A stretch of DNA of 64,000 nt from NCBI GenBank assembly GCA_028687915.1, contig JAQTZF010000001.1:674634-738633 (forward strand), read 5' to 3'. The stretch's first letter is position 1; each line of letters starts with the position of its first letter. Origin of the DNA: Candidatus Daviesbacteria bacterium (GTDB lineage: Bacteria; Patescibacteriota; Microgenomatia; Daviesbacterales; UBA10151). The notes below the pieces were generated by a model. The model searched no databases. It was not told the origin of the DNA and worked only from the letters and a program-made list of their open reading frames with translations. The translations under genes were made by a program, and so were the position numbers. This document shows positions 20,479 to 29,312 of the stretch, in pieces.

Positions 20479-21243
20479 TTATACTGCCTCTTTCCAAATA
20501 TTTGTTTTATCCTTACTAAATCTAATAGCGTCTTGCGTGGTTAAAAAGAGAGGAATATCTTGAAATGTTTTTGCCAATTTTGCTTTGCCATACATATAAA
20601 GATGTTTTCTTCTTCTCTCATCAGCAACAACAAATAAAAGTGTTGGAAAAGCACTGTTTTCTGTATTAGCTTGCCAACTGCCTTCTTCGGAATACTCAAT
20701 ATATTTCCTAACTGCGAATCTTGCTTCTCCTGGAGCTTGTCTATATTCATCAAATAATTCCAAGAAATATCTATCTTTCCCATCAACCTCAATATAAGCA
20801 TCTAAATCTTCTGGTAAATAATCAAAACCCATTAAATCCTGTTTTGTGCAAAAATTTAATTTAGAGTTGTTCTCTTGTTGAGAACTAAAGAATAGATAAA
20901 TATCAACTATAAATAGGCAATGGTTTATAAAAGTCCCGGTCAATTTCTTCTCTTTGTATATTCTGCTTAAGAAGTCTTCATTACAACCTTCTTCTTGTAG
21001 AAAATACCTTGATTTAGCTGCAAGGCAATAGATATATGGCTTGGTAATATTTTTTGAATCAGTAATTGCATATGCATATCCTTTTTCTTTTAAGTCTTTG
21101 AGCCATGCTTTAATTCTGTGTGGGTCTTTGTGTTTAAAGTATTTTTGTAGTTGGAGTATGGTTAGAAAGCGAAATTTATAAAGAATTAGAAGTATGAGTT
21201 TTTGTTTATTGGTTATGGGTGGAAGTTTAGTTTTATGTTTCAT
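20479..21243 (-). CDS. Replication-relaxation family protein (putative relaxase)
   Basis: N-terminal wHTH (LYKFRFLTILQL), H..I.DIY, DAYIE...YFLE; downstream of the coupling protein. Confidence 0.75.
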   Translation of the reverse strand: MKHKTKLPPITNKQKLILLILYKFRFLTILQLQKYFKHKDPHRIKAWLKDLKEKGYAYAITDSKNITKPYIYCLAAKSRYFLQEEGCNEDFLSRIYKEKKLTGTFINHCLFIVDIYLFFSSQQENNSKLNFCTKQDLMGFDYLPEDLDAYIEVDGKDRYFLELFDEYRQAPGEARFAVRKYIEYSEEGSWQANTENSAFPTLLFVVADERRRKHLYMYGKAKLAKTFQDIPLFLTTQDAIRFSKDKTNIWKEAV

Positions 21244-21321
21244 AATAGCTTGGAGCAGAGAGCAGAAGATTTTAGGCAGTAGTTAGGGTAGCAGATCCTT
21301 GTTTGGATTATATTACATCCC

Positions 21322-21408
21322 CTTATATTTATATAAGTATAAAGAGTCTGTGCTTTTTTCTTTTTTAGCCTCAATCTTATGCATTACTTAGTACCTACAC
21401 GTAGGTAC
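21322..21408. other. Candidate oriT region with inverted repeats
   Basis: GTACCTAC-ac-GTAGGTAC (21391-21408) and CTTATAT-tt-ATATAAG between the coupling-protein and relaxase genes. Confidence 0.35.
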
Positions 21409-21413
21409 AATTT

Positions 21414-23954
21414 TTAGACAACTTTACTAATAGGAAAACCACCTTTAGACGTAACTATATTTTTATTATTTGAATGCTTCTTGTCGTTATCCTCATCTAG
21501 ATTAGATGTAACTTTTTTATATTCTATTGCCCAGTTTTTCCGAGAGCTTTCGATTAGTTCTTCTATCTTTTTATCATCTTTTTTTAGAGGAATATAGATT
21601 GTTTCACCAGAAAAAGGTTCTTCTGGTTCTAAAGCTGAAACTTTAATATAGAAGTTATACTTTGGTAAATTAGCTATTTCTCCTTTATCAACAAAAGGTG
21701 CAAATTGATTAAGCATTAACTCTTCATCAATATAATTTGCAGTTCTGAAACAAACTACAGTTGTGACATTAGCTAAAATCACATTAACAATATTTCTATC
21801 ATCCTGTTGTGAGGTGGATTGTTCAGCGATAATAACCCGGAGTTTATACTTCCTTCCTTCAGATAGCATCTTGGTAAAAGAGTGAGTAGCAAAGTTTTGA
21901 AACTCATCAACGTATAAGTAAAATGGGGTCCTTTTGTTTTCAGGCATTTTGGATCTTTTTAAGGCTGCCTGTTGAATTTTTGTCATAATAGTGGTTCCTA
22001 AAAGTCTTGACGTATCTTCTCCTAATTTACCTTGAGATAAATTGCATATAATTATTTTTCCAGAGTTCATTAACTCGTCAAAATTAATAGTAGATTTTGG
22101 CTGTTCTAAGATTCTTTTAGCTGTTGGAGAAAAAAGGAATCTACCAATCTTGGCTGTAACACCACCAACCATTTTAACTACCTGATAATCACCAGCTCTG
22201 CCAAATTCATATTTCCAAAAGTTTTTTAGATTTTCATCTTTTAATTTAGCAATAACTTGTTTTTGGAATGGAGGATTATTTAGAAGATCATAGACTGTAA
22301 AAATTGTTCTGTTCTCTACAGTAAAAGCAGTATAAATAGCATTTCGCAGGACATATTCAATTCTATGTGCATTAGTATTTTCTTCTTTGGAAAAAACTTT
22401 TCTAAATAATGAAATGACTCCTTCTGCAACAACTTCTTTTTCTAATTCTGCTTCATCTTCATCTAAGCCAGGGGTAAGTTCAAGGATATTAATTCCAATG
22501 GGGTATTTTAAATCAATTGGGTTTATAAAGACTAAATCGTTTAATCTTTTTTCAGGAATAATAGAAATTAAGTCGTCTGCAGCATCACCGTGAGGATCCA
22601 AGAAAGCTAACCCTCTGCCTTCCTCGATATCCTGCTTAGCCATTGAAAACATCATTGTTGTTTTACCAGACCCAGTTCTTCCGATAATATACATATGAGT
22701 TTCCCTTTCTTGTTCTGTTAAACCAATATCAGTGATTGTCCCTCCATAATTATTTCTACCGAAAACAACATCATATTTATTTCCTTTTTTAAGAGATAGC
22801 GGAGCAGGCAAAGTTTTACTGTGGGATTTAACTAAATTTTCCGTATTTGTCATGCTGGTATAGGGAAAGTGATAAATATCAGAAATTTCTGAAATAGAGA
22901 GTATAGAAGTTTTAGTTGGTGACAATATTCTTTTTTTGAAGGAATAAAATAAATATTTCCTTACTTTATTAATATTCAGAAATCTCTTAGCTACTAATGA
23001 TTGGTATCCTGTAGAAGAAAAGGTTGAAAAGGAAGATTTGAAACCCTGCATTCTTTCAACTAGATCATCGTTGTCTTTAAAAGCCATAAGAATTCTTATT
23101 GTTGTTTTAAATAATGGTTGATTAATCTTTGAATCAATTGAGCTTATTATCTCCATCTCAGATGGGGATTTTGTTTTAGGTGCTAAATGTGAGTTGTAAA
23201 AGATCCATTTAAATATTGCTGGAGTTTTTAAATGTTTCACAACATCACCATTTGCAGAAATAAGTTTTGAAATCTTTTTTGTTCCTTTATTTCCTGTTGG
23301 GGAAACAACAATTTGTAGAGAAATTAGTTCCCCAGGAGCAAGTTTTGTCATCTGACCTGTGATATAGGCAATAGGATCATGTTTATTCAGCTCACTTTGT
23401 CTTTTAAGCGAGAATGCAAAATGTTTAGAGAGTTTGAACTCCATAATTCTGTAGAAGTTTTTACTTAAAGTATTTGTATTTCCCGGTAAATACTCATTGA
23501 CTGTTTTAACTCTTAAATGAGGTAGGTATGCAAGTAAACTCTTTTTCAGAGTATTCACTTGTTTTGGAGAAGTTCTTACTAAATACCTTATGCCTTCATT
23601 TTTACTTGAAACTATCTCTAAAGAAAATCTCGGTTGATTACCCAACAATCTATCCTTAAATGATTTTTGATTTCCAAGGGCATGAATAATAGAAAAAAGC
23701 TGATCAGTGGTGTATGACTGCTTTTCTGTAAAAGAGGGTGGAGTTAGCTCAAGTAATATTGATTGCTCATCTAGTGATTTTTTAAAGGCAAGAATTTTTC
23801 GGATAATAATTAACAGAAAAACGGATAAAAGAAAAAGGGTCAAAATGGGGATGAAATTTTGAACAGGAGGAAGAGCACCATCTTTTGGATTCTGAAAATA
23901 TGAAACAAACTGATTCAGTAAATAATCAAATCTTAGCTTCTCTAAGTCAACCAT
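21414..23954 (-). CDS. VirD4/TraD-like type IV coupling protein
   Basis: N-terminal TM; GRTGSGKT, DPHGD, YVDEFQNF, SEGRKY. Confidence 0.88.
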   Translation of the reverse strand: MVDLEKLRFDYLLNQFVSYFQNPKDGALPPVQNFIPILTLFLLSVFLLIIIRKILAFKKSLDEQSILLELTPPSFTEKQSYTTDQLFSIIHALGNQKSFKDRLLGNQPRFSLEIVSSKNEGIRYLVRTSPKQVNTLKKSLLAYLPHLRVKTVNEYLPGNTNTLSKNFYRIMEFKLSKHFAFSLKRQSELNKHDPIAYITGQMTKLAPGELISLQIVVSPTGNKGTKKISKLISANGDVVKHLKTPAIFKWIFYNSHLAPKTKSPSEMEIISSIDSKINQPLFKTTIRILMAFKDNDDLVERMQGFKSSFSTFSSTGYQSLVAKRFLNINKVRKYLFYSFKKRILSPTKTSILSISEISDIYHFPYTSMTNTENLVKSHSKTLPAPLSLKKGNKYDVVFGRNNYGGTITDIGLTEQERETHMYIIGRTGSGKTTMMFSMAKQDIEEGRGLAFLDPHGDAADDLISIIPEKRLNDLVFINPIDLKYPIGINILELTPGLDEDEAELEKEVVAEGVISLFRKVFSKEENTNAHRIEYVLRNAIYTAFTVENRTIFTVYDLLNNPPFQKQVIAKLKDENLKNFWKYEFGRAGDYQVVKMVGGVTAKIGRFLFSPTAKRILEQPKSTINFDELMNSGKIIICNLSQGKLGEDTSRLLGTTIMTKIQQAALKRSKMPENKRTPFYLYVDEFQNFATHSFTKMLSEGRKYKLRVIIAEQSTSQQDDRNIVNVILANVTTVVCFRTANYIDEELMLNQFAPFVDKGEIANLPKYNFYIKVSALEPEEPFSGETIYIPLKKDDKKIEELIESSRKNWAIEYKKVTSNLDEDNDKKHSNNKNIVTSKGGFPISKVV

Positions 23955-24041
23955 TCTTACCCTTCGGGCAGATGGAATTATAGCGTGAGTATATCACATA
24001 AAATTAGGTATGTATTGAGCTTAAATTTACCTTTTTCATAC

Positions 24042-24071
24042 TTGACAACTGTAATTATATTTATATATACT
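24042..24071 (+). promoter_or_regulatory. Promoter of the recombinase operon
   Basis: TTGACA-18-TATACT with overlapping ACTGTAA repeats. Confidence 0.55.
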
Positions 24072-24106
24072 GTAAATATATTTATAGTTTATTTAAGGCT
24101 GAAGAT

Positions 24107-24427
24107 ATGGAAAATCGTGAGATACAATCATTAAATAATCAAACTATCTACGATCTGGAGTCAACAAATGCTCCTAATGATTCACCGCTTACTCAGCAGA
24201 ACACATACGAAAAGTTAAATGAGATATTTATTGAGCAAGATAAGCAAAAAAGGACAATTTTAGAAGCCAGGGAAATTCTGGGTGAAACTGCAGAATCTCT
24301 AACTGACTCACAAGTATTTGACTTAGTTAATGAAATTCAATTCCTTGTAGATAGCTGGATAGAAGAATATGAACAAAAGGTTTTCAGCGGAAAGACACTT
24401 AATGAGCTACTAAATCTTAATCCATAA
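24107..24427 (+). CDS. Small protein translationally coupled to the recombinase (possible directionality factor/regulator)
   Basis: TAATG stop-start overlap with the recombinase; function is inference. Confidence 0.6.
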   Translation: MENREIQSLNNQTIYDLESTNAPNDSPLTQQNTYEKLNEIFIEQDKQKRTILEAREILGETAESLTDSQVFDLVNEIQFLVDSWIEEYEQKVFSGKTLNELLNLNP

Positions 24428-25971
24428 TGAATACTCAAAATAATCTGATTAATATAGGGCCAAAACAAGCAGTTATTTATATTCGTGTTTCCAGTGAGGA
24501 ACAAGTAGAAAATTTCTCATTAGGAACCCAGGAAGAAATTTGTCGCAGAGAAGCCAAGCATAGAGGTTTTGAAGTAGTAGAAGTATTTAGGGAAGAAGGT
24601 AAATCCGCTAAAACTATAATAGGAAGACCAGAACTTCTTAAAATGTTGGAGTTTTGTAGGAAAAACAAAAAGACTGTTAGGGCAATTTTTGTTTATCGAC
24701 TAGACCGTCTTTCTAGACAAACATCTGATTATTTATCAATTAGAAAAAGACTTTTTGATGTAAATATAGCGATTATTTCAGCTTCTGAGCCAACCGGAAA
24801 CTCTCCTACAGAAAAGCTGTTAGAAACAGTATTAGCTAGTTTTGCTCAACACGATAATGATGTAAGGAGCGAGAGGACAAAGAATGGCATGAGAGCAAGG
24901 TTTCTTTCAGGACTGGTTACTAACCATGTTCCCGTGGGCTACATTAATCAATCCGGACATGCTCTAAAAGATCCATCAACATTCGATAATATTAAAAAAG
25001 CTTGGGATTTAATGGCAACTGGCACGAAAAGTTTAAAGGAAATTGAAAAAATTTTACATAGTTGGGGTGTTAAAACCAGACATTCATCCGTTCAAAGAAT
25101 GTTTAGAAATAAATTCTATATGGGGATACTTACCTCTGAGAGTTATCCTGAAACGGTAAAGGGACAACATATTCCAATGGTAACAGAAGAACAATTTTAT
25201 AAAGTTCAATCCATCCTAGATGGAAGAAATAGACAGAATCCATTAATGCCAAAAAACACGAGAGATAATACAGATTTTCCATTAAGAAGAATCCTTCGGT
25301 GCAGCAAGTGTGGAACGCCTTTTACAGGAGCATGGAGCAAAAGACATAGATACGCATATTATTTTTGCAGGAATAGATGCGGCACTCCTTCAGTCCCTGT
25401 TGGTGACGTTGAAAAAGAAATGATGCTATTTTTAAGGAAGACAAGCCCTAGCGAAGAAGGGCGAAAACTCTATATTTCACAGTTACTTAAAATCTATCAT
25501 TCGAAAGCATTAAAGCTCAGAAAAATAAAAGCAAATTCCGATGAAGAAATAGATAAATTGCACACTTTGCGCAAAGTATTAATAGAAAAGAATTTATCCG
25601 GTGTATACTCTGACGAAATATTTAAAGAGCAAAATGCAGTCATCGAAAATAAAATTATTGCAGCTCAAGCAGCAAAGAACGATGAAATGATAGATCAATA
25701 TAATATAGATTCTCTTGTTGAATTTATTAATAATAAGCTTGCAGATCTCGGAGAAACTTATTCTAATTCTTCTTTAAGCCAGCTTCGTTGTCTTCTTGGT
25801 TCGATATTCCTCTCGGGAATCATTTGGGGCTATCCGGGCTGTTCGAACCGAGAGATTAGCCCGTTATATCAATCTATTCAGGACACTCAAACTATGAATG
25901 TCCCATTCGGTGACCCGGGTGGGAGTCGAACCCACGACAAAGAGATTAAGAGTCTCCTGCTCTACCACTGA
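24427..25971 (+). CDS. Large serine recombinase (integrase)
   Basis: YIRVSSEEQ catalytic Ser, RLDRLSR, recombinase domain, Zn-ribbon CSKC...C...C. Confidence 0.95.
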   Translation: MNTQNNLINIGPKQAVIYIRVSSEEQVENFSLGTQEEICRREAKHRGFEVVEVFREEGKSAKTIIGRPELLKMLEFCRKNKKTVRAIFVYRLDRLSRQTSDYLSIRKRLFDVNIAIISASEPTGNSPTEKLLETVLASFAQHDNDVRSERTKNGMRARFLSGLVTNHVPVGYINQSGHALKDPSTFDNIKKAWDLMATGTKSLKEIEKILHSWGVKTRHSSVQRMFRNKFYMGILTSESYPETVKGQHIPMVTEEQFYKVQSILDGRNRQNPLMPKNTRDNTDFPLRRILRCSKCGTPFTGAWSKRHRYAYYFCRNRCGTPSVPVGDVEKEMMLFLRKTSPSEEGRKLYISQLLKIYHSKALKLRKIKANSDEEIDKLHTLRKVLIEKNLSGVYSDEIFKEQNAVIENKIIAAQAAKNDEMIDQYNIDSLVEFINNKLADLGETYSNSSLSQLRCLLGSIFLSGIIWGYPGCSNREISPLYQSIQDTQTMNVPFGDPGGSRTHDKEIKSLLLYH

Positions 25972-25982
25972 GCTACCGGGCC
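25911..25982 (-). tRNA. tRNA-Lys(CTT), integration site
   Basis: GGCCCGG acceptor, anticodon loop CTCTTAA, GGTTCGACTCC; CCA not encoded. Confidence 0.95.
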
Positions 25983-26078
25983 ATGTAGGGATCACAAATC
26001 GCGAACTCCGATTACCGGGCCTTTGGGTTTATATTTTAACCTATTTGAGGTGTAAATCCAATAAAACAGGAGTTTAAA

Positions 26079-26318
26079 TTATCCTTCGTTGTGTTTTTCA
26101 ATTTCCTTGGCAACATCAACTTCAGCTGGATTTTCTGGCCCTGCATCAGGTGATTCTAAGTCTTCCTCATACATTCCCATACTTTCAGCTATCTTATCAA
26201 CATCATTAACGTCTTCTGAGCCAGATTTAACTTCAGATCCCAGTGCTGATTCTGCATCCTGCTCTTCTGGGGATTCAACATCAAGATGTTTTTTATCATC
26301 ATCATTTAAGCTTGTCAT
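26079..26318 (-). CDS. Small acidic hypothetical protein
   Basis: Strong SD AGGGGGTGA; 79 aa, D/E-rich. Confidence 0.7.
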   Translation of the reverse strand: MTSLNDDDKKHLDVESPEEQDAESALGSEVKSGSEDVNDVDKIAESMGMYEEDLESPDAGPENPAEVDVAKEIEKHNEG

Positions 26319-26337
26319 ATTTCACCCCCTTACTTTG

Positions 26338-26410
26338 TGCGCCTGGAGGGACTCGAACCCCCAACCGTCTCGTCCGAAGCGAGATGCTCAATCCATTAAG
26401 CTACAGGCGC
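26338..26410 (-). tRNA. tRNA-Arg(TCG)
   Basis: GCGCCTG acceptor, TCTCG/CGAGA stem with loop CTTCGGA. Confidence 0.95.
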
Positions 26411-26535
26411 TTACATTTATTCGCGCTGTATCTTGCGATAGTTCCACTTCGTGTATAACTATCTAAAGCTACAGGTGCTTATGCACATTTTACCAATTAA
26501 TCTGCAAAAATCCTAATTTGTGGTATTATTTCAAC

Positions 26536-27552
26536 GTGGCTTTGAAATATAAGTACAACCAAACAATTGTGGCTCCTGGTGGCGGCACCGGCGCCTTTAC
26601 CTGGTGGTCAGGCGCTTCTATATTAAATAATCCCGCTAAAAATACAGCAGTTTTTGGAACATGGGATAGTGGTGGAAGTTCAGGAGAATTAAGGGTCAAT
26701 GAAGGAATTTTACCTCCCGGCGATTACATGCAATGCTTGCTTGCTATGATGGAGGATTCAACTCAGCGTCAGGAAGCAATTTTAATTTTAAAAGATCGAT
26801 CTAGTGGTCATCCAATCGTAAACCTTTTGGGAGCATATTCAGAAAGATGTCATCATGGAGTAAAAGGCGGTATTGATGGATTAAGAGCCTTGTTTCGTGT
26901 GAGAGGAAATATATTACCAGTTACTTTGACAGATATTCATCTTCATTCAGAAACCAAAAATGGGAAAAAATACTCCAGTGAACATGAAATAGATGAAATT
27001 AAAGATGATCCTGATTTTAAAAATGGTGATAGTATTTCAAGGATATTTTTTGATGTTAAGCCAGAACCAAATCCAGATGTACTAGCTGCTTTTTTAAAAG
27101 CAGATAAAATTGTAATTCCACCAGGTAGTCCTTTTACAAGTATATTTCCACATTTATTAGTACCTGGTGTATCTAAAAGTATTTTAGAATCAAAAGCAAA
27201 ACTAATTATAGCTTTGAATTTAATGACTACATCTGGTGAAGATCATCATTTAAGTAATGCATCCAGTTGGCTTAATGTTTTTCAGTATTATTTGGGTGAT
27301 TTTGAATATATTAAAAAAACCGGAAAAAGCAGGATTCATAGTATTGTTTTTAATCAAAATCATTTAACTAAAGAAATTTTGGATATTTATAAAAATAAAG
27401 GTCAAACTCCTATTAAGTTAGATCAAGAACAATGTTTGGTACAAGCTCCGGGAATAAAAATTATTACAAAACAAGTTGCTAGCTATGATAAAGATACTAA
27501 TTTATTAAGACATAACCCTTTAAAGCTTGCAGAAGTAATACTTTCAATTTAA
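26536..27552 (+). CDS. YvcK/CofD-like (gluconeogenesis factor/UPF0052) protein
   Basis: GGGTG, DSGGSSGELR, PPGD, PGSPFTSI, RHNP; GTG start after TGgTATTAT. Confidence 0.85.
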   Translation: MALKYKYNQTIVAPGGGTGAFTWWSGASILNNPAKNTAVFGTWDSGGSSGELRVNEGILPPGDYMQCLLAMMEDSTQRQEAILILKDRSSGHPIVNLLGAYSERCHHGVKGGIDGLRALFRVRGNILPVTLTDIHLHSETKNGKKYSSEHEIDEIKDDPDFKNGDSISRIFFDVKPEPNPDVLAAFLKADKIVIPPGSPFTSIFPHLLVPGVSKSILESKAKLIIALNLMTTSGEDHHLSNASSWLNVFQYYLGDFEYIKKTGKSRIHSIVFNQNHLTKEILDIYKNKGQTPIKLDQEQCLVQAPGIKIITKQVASYDKDTNLLRHNPLKLAEVILSI

Positions 27553-28188
27553 TTTTTTAGGAACCCAAACAGAAGTAAAAACTCCTAAAGAAATTCCAAG
27601 TAGCATCCCACCAATAACATCAGTAGTCCAATGTTCTGCCAGATAAATCCTGGAAATAATCATTAAAAAAGTAAATGCAATTAAACCCAATATAATGGGG
27701 AATTTTAAAGGGCTCTTTATTTTATAAAAAGTAAAGAGGATTAAAAAAGTCACAAGGTATGTTGTTCTCATCATATGTCCTGATGGATATGAAAAGTCAG
27801 TTTGAACAAAATGACTAGGGAAATTAAGGTCTATTGTTCCTCTGTAAAAAAGGTGTGGAGGTCCAGGGTGAAGAACAAAAATTTTACCAAAAATCTCCAG
27901 GAAATGTGCAAACCAGAATGAAAAAAGAGCAATGAACGTAAGCCAGTATCTCTTAATTAAAGCAAAAATACTTAAAATAAACCAAAATATAGCAGTTACT
28001 TCAACAGAACCAAGTATTGAGAAGAGTGAAAAAGGTAAATCAAATTTCCTGGAAATATGATCCTGAAGTTTTGTAGTGATATCAAAATCTATTTGAGTAA
28101 ATACTTCTTTGGCAACAACATAAGAAAATAAAACAAAACTAAGGAATAATAGAATAGAAATAAGTAGAAAGGGAATTCGCTTGGGCAC
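27544..28188 (-). CDS. PAP2 family phosphatase
   Basis: SYPSGH, SRIYLAEHWTTDV. Confidence 0.9.
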   Translation of the reverse strand: MPKRIPFLLISILLFLSFVLFSYVVAKEVFTQIDFDITTKLQDHISRKFDLPFSLFSILGSVEVTAIFWFILSIFALIKRYWLTFIALFSFWFAHFLEIFGKIFVLHPGPPHLFYRGTIDLNFPSHFVQTDFSYPSGHMMRTTYLVTFLILFTFYKIKSPLKFPIILGLIAFTFLMIISRIYLAEHWTTDVIGGMLLGISLGVFTSVWVPKKLN

Positions 28189-28205
28189 CTCTAGATTGTA
28201 CCAGA

Positions 28206-29162
28206 TTAAGGCTTTTTTGGGGACAGTATATTTAAGGCTTCTGCAGGTGTTTTTGTGTCCATTAATTTAGTACGAAGTGTTTTTGAACCATCAAACCCTG
28301 ATATATAAGCCTTAAAAAATTTCTTCAAAATATCATAATTTTTATTTATTCCCCAGGTTTTTTCAAAAAGATTAATATGAGTTATCAATGCTTCAATTCT
28401 CATTTCAGGACTAATATCTTCTTCTCTTATTTTAGGATTAAAAACCCATAAATTATTGAATACTCCTCTGCCAATCATAATTCCATCAACACCATATTTT
28501 TTGGCATATTCTTGTGCCTGTTTATAGCTCATTACATCACCATTTCCAATAATTAAAGTTTTGGGGCTTATTTTATCTCTTAATTTAACAGCTGCTCCAA
28601 TTTCATCCCAATGCGCTAAGACTTTTGATTTCTCCTTTACTGTTCTTCCGTGAATTGTTAATGCATCTAAATCTAGTGATAATAAAAAACCTATCCATTC
28701 TTCTGTTGCTATAGACCTCATCCCAATTCTTGTTTTAACACTGACAGGCAAGCCTCCTGCTCCTTTTTTAGTGGCTATTACAATCTCTTTTGCTAAATTA
28801 GGAGTTAAAATAAGTGCTCCGCCTGATCCTTTTTTAACCACGTTTTTATCTGGGCAGCCCATATTTATATCAATTCCATCAAAACCCATTTTTGAAATCA
28901 TCAGTGCTGTCTGATAAAACTTTTCCGGATTATTTCCCCAAATTTGAGCAATCAATGGTTTTTCAGTTTTTGAAAACTGAAGCCTGGTTGATACCTTTTC
29001 AAAGCCTTCTGATAATAAGCCATCAACTGAAACGAACTCTGTAAAGAAAACATCAGGTTTACTATATTTGGCTACAATTTGTCTAAAAACAGTATCAGTA
29101 ACATCCTCCATTGGAGCAAGTACTGTAAAAGGTTTCTTAAGAGATTTCCAAAAATTTGTCAT
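28206..29162 (-). CDS. dus: tRNA-dihydrouridine synthase
   Basis: LAPMEDVTD, DINMGCP, VKTRIG, IHGRT, GNGDV, MIGRG. Confidence 0.95.
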   Translation of the reverse strand: MTNFWKSLKKPFTVLAPMEDVTDTVFRQIVAKYSKPDVFFTEFVSVDGLLSEGFEKVSTRLQFSKTEKPLIAQIWGNNPEKFYQTALMISKMGFDGIDINMGCPDKNVVKKGSGGALILTPNLAKEIVIATKKGAGGLPVSVKTRIGMRSIATEEWIGFLLSLDLDALTIHGRTVKEKSKVLAHWDEIGAAVKLRDKISPKTLIIGNGDVMSYKQAQEYAKKYGVDGIMIGRGVFNNLWVFNPKIREEDISPEMRIEALITHINLFEKTWGINKNYDILKKFFKAYISGFDGSKTLRTKLMDTKTPAEALNILSPKKP

Positions 29163-29179
29163 TGGGTAATTTTAGCATG

Positions 29180-29263
29180 AAAAAAGCCCCTTTCGGAGCC
29201 TTTTTCCCAACTTGTAAACCTTACGGAAAACAAGAAGACTAATTAATCTTACGATTAATAAGT
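29180..29263 (-). ncRNA. Putative small RNA A (three GNRA-capped hairpins, the last an intrinsic terminator)
   Basis: Promoter TTGACA-17-TATACT at 29298-29270; no ORF; terminator at 29180-29206. Confidence 0.6.
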
Positions 29264-29312
29264 TTGTATAGTATAAACTATAGTGTTATTAATGTCAAGC
29301 ACCATCTTTGCT

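Larger units (their letters stand above)
1..25982. mobile_element. Integrative conjugative-like element (right part; left end outside the window) inserted at tRNA-Lys(CTT)
   Basis: Serine recombinase runs into the tRNA 3' end; relaxase, coupling protein, VirB4/VirB6/PrgI/pilin cluster and R-M/defence cargo are all on the same side. Confidence 0.8.

Noticed and set aside
10350-25971. Prophage
   Set aside because: No capsid, terminase, portal or tail genes; the content is conjugative
26089-26466. ORFs 26089-26466 and 26243-26458 (+)
   Set aside because: Antisense shadows of the acidic protein gene and tRNA-Arg
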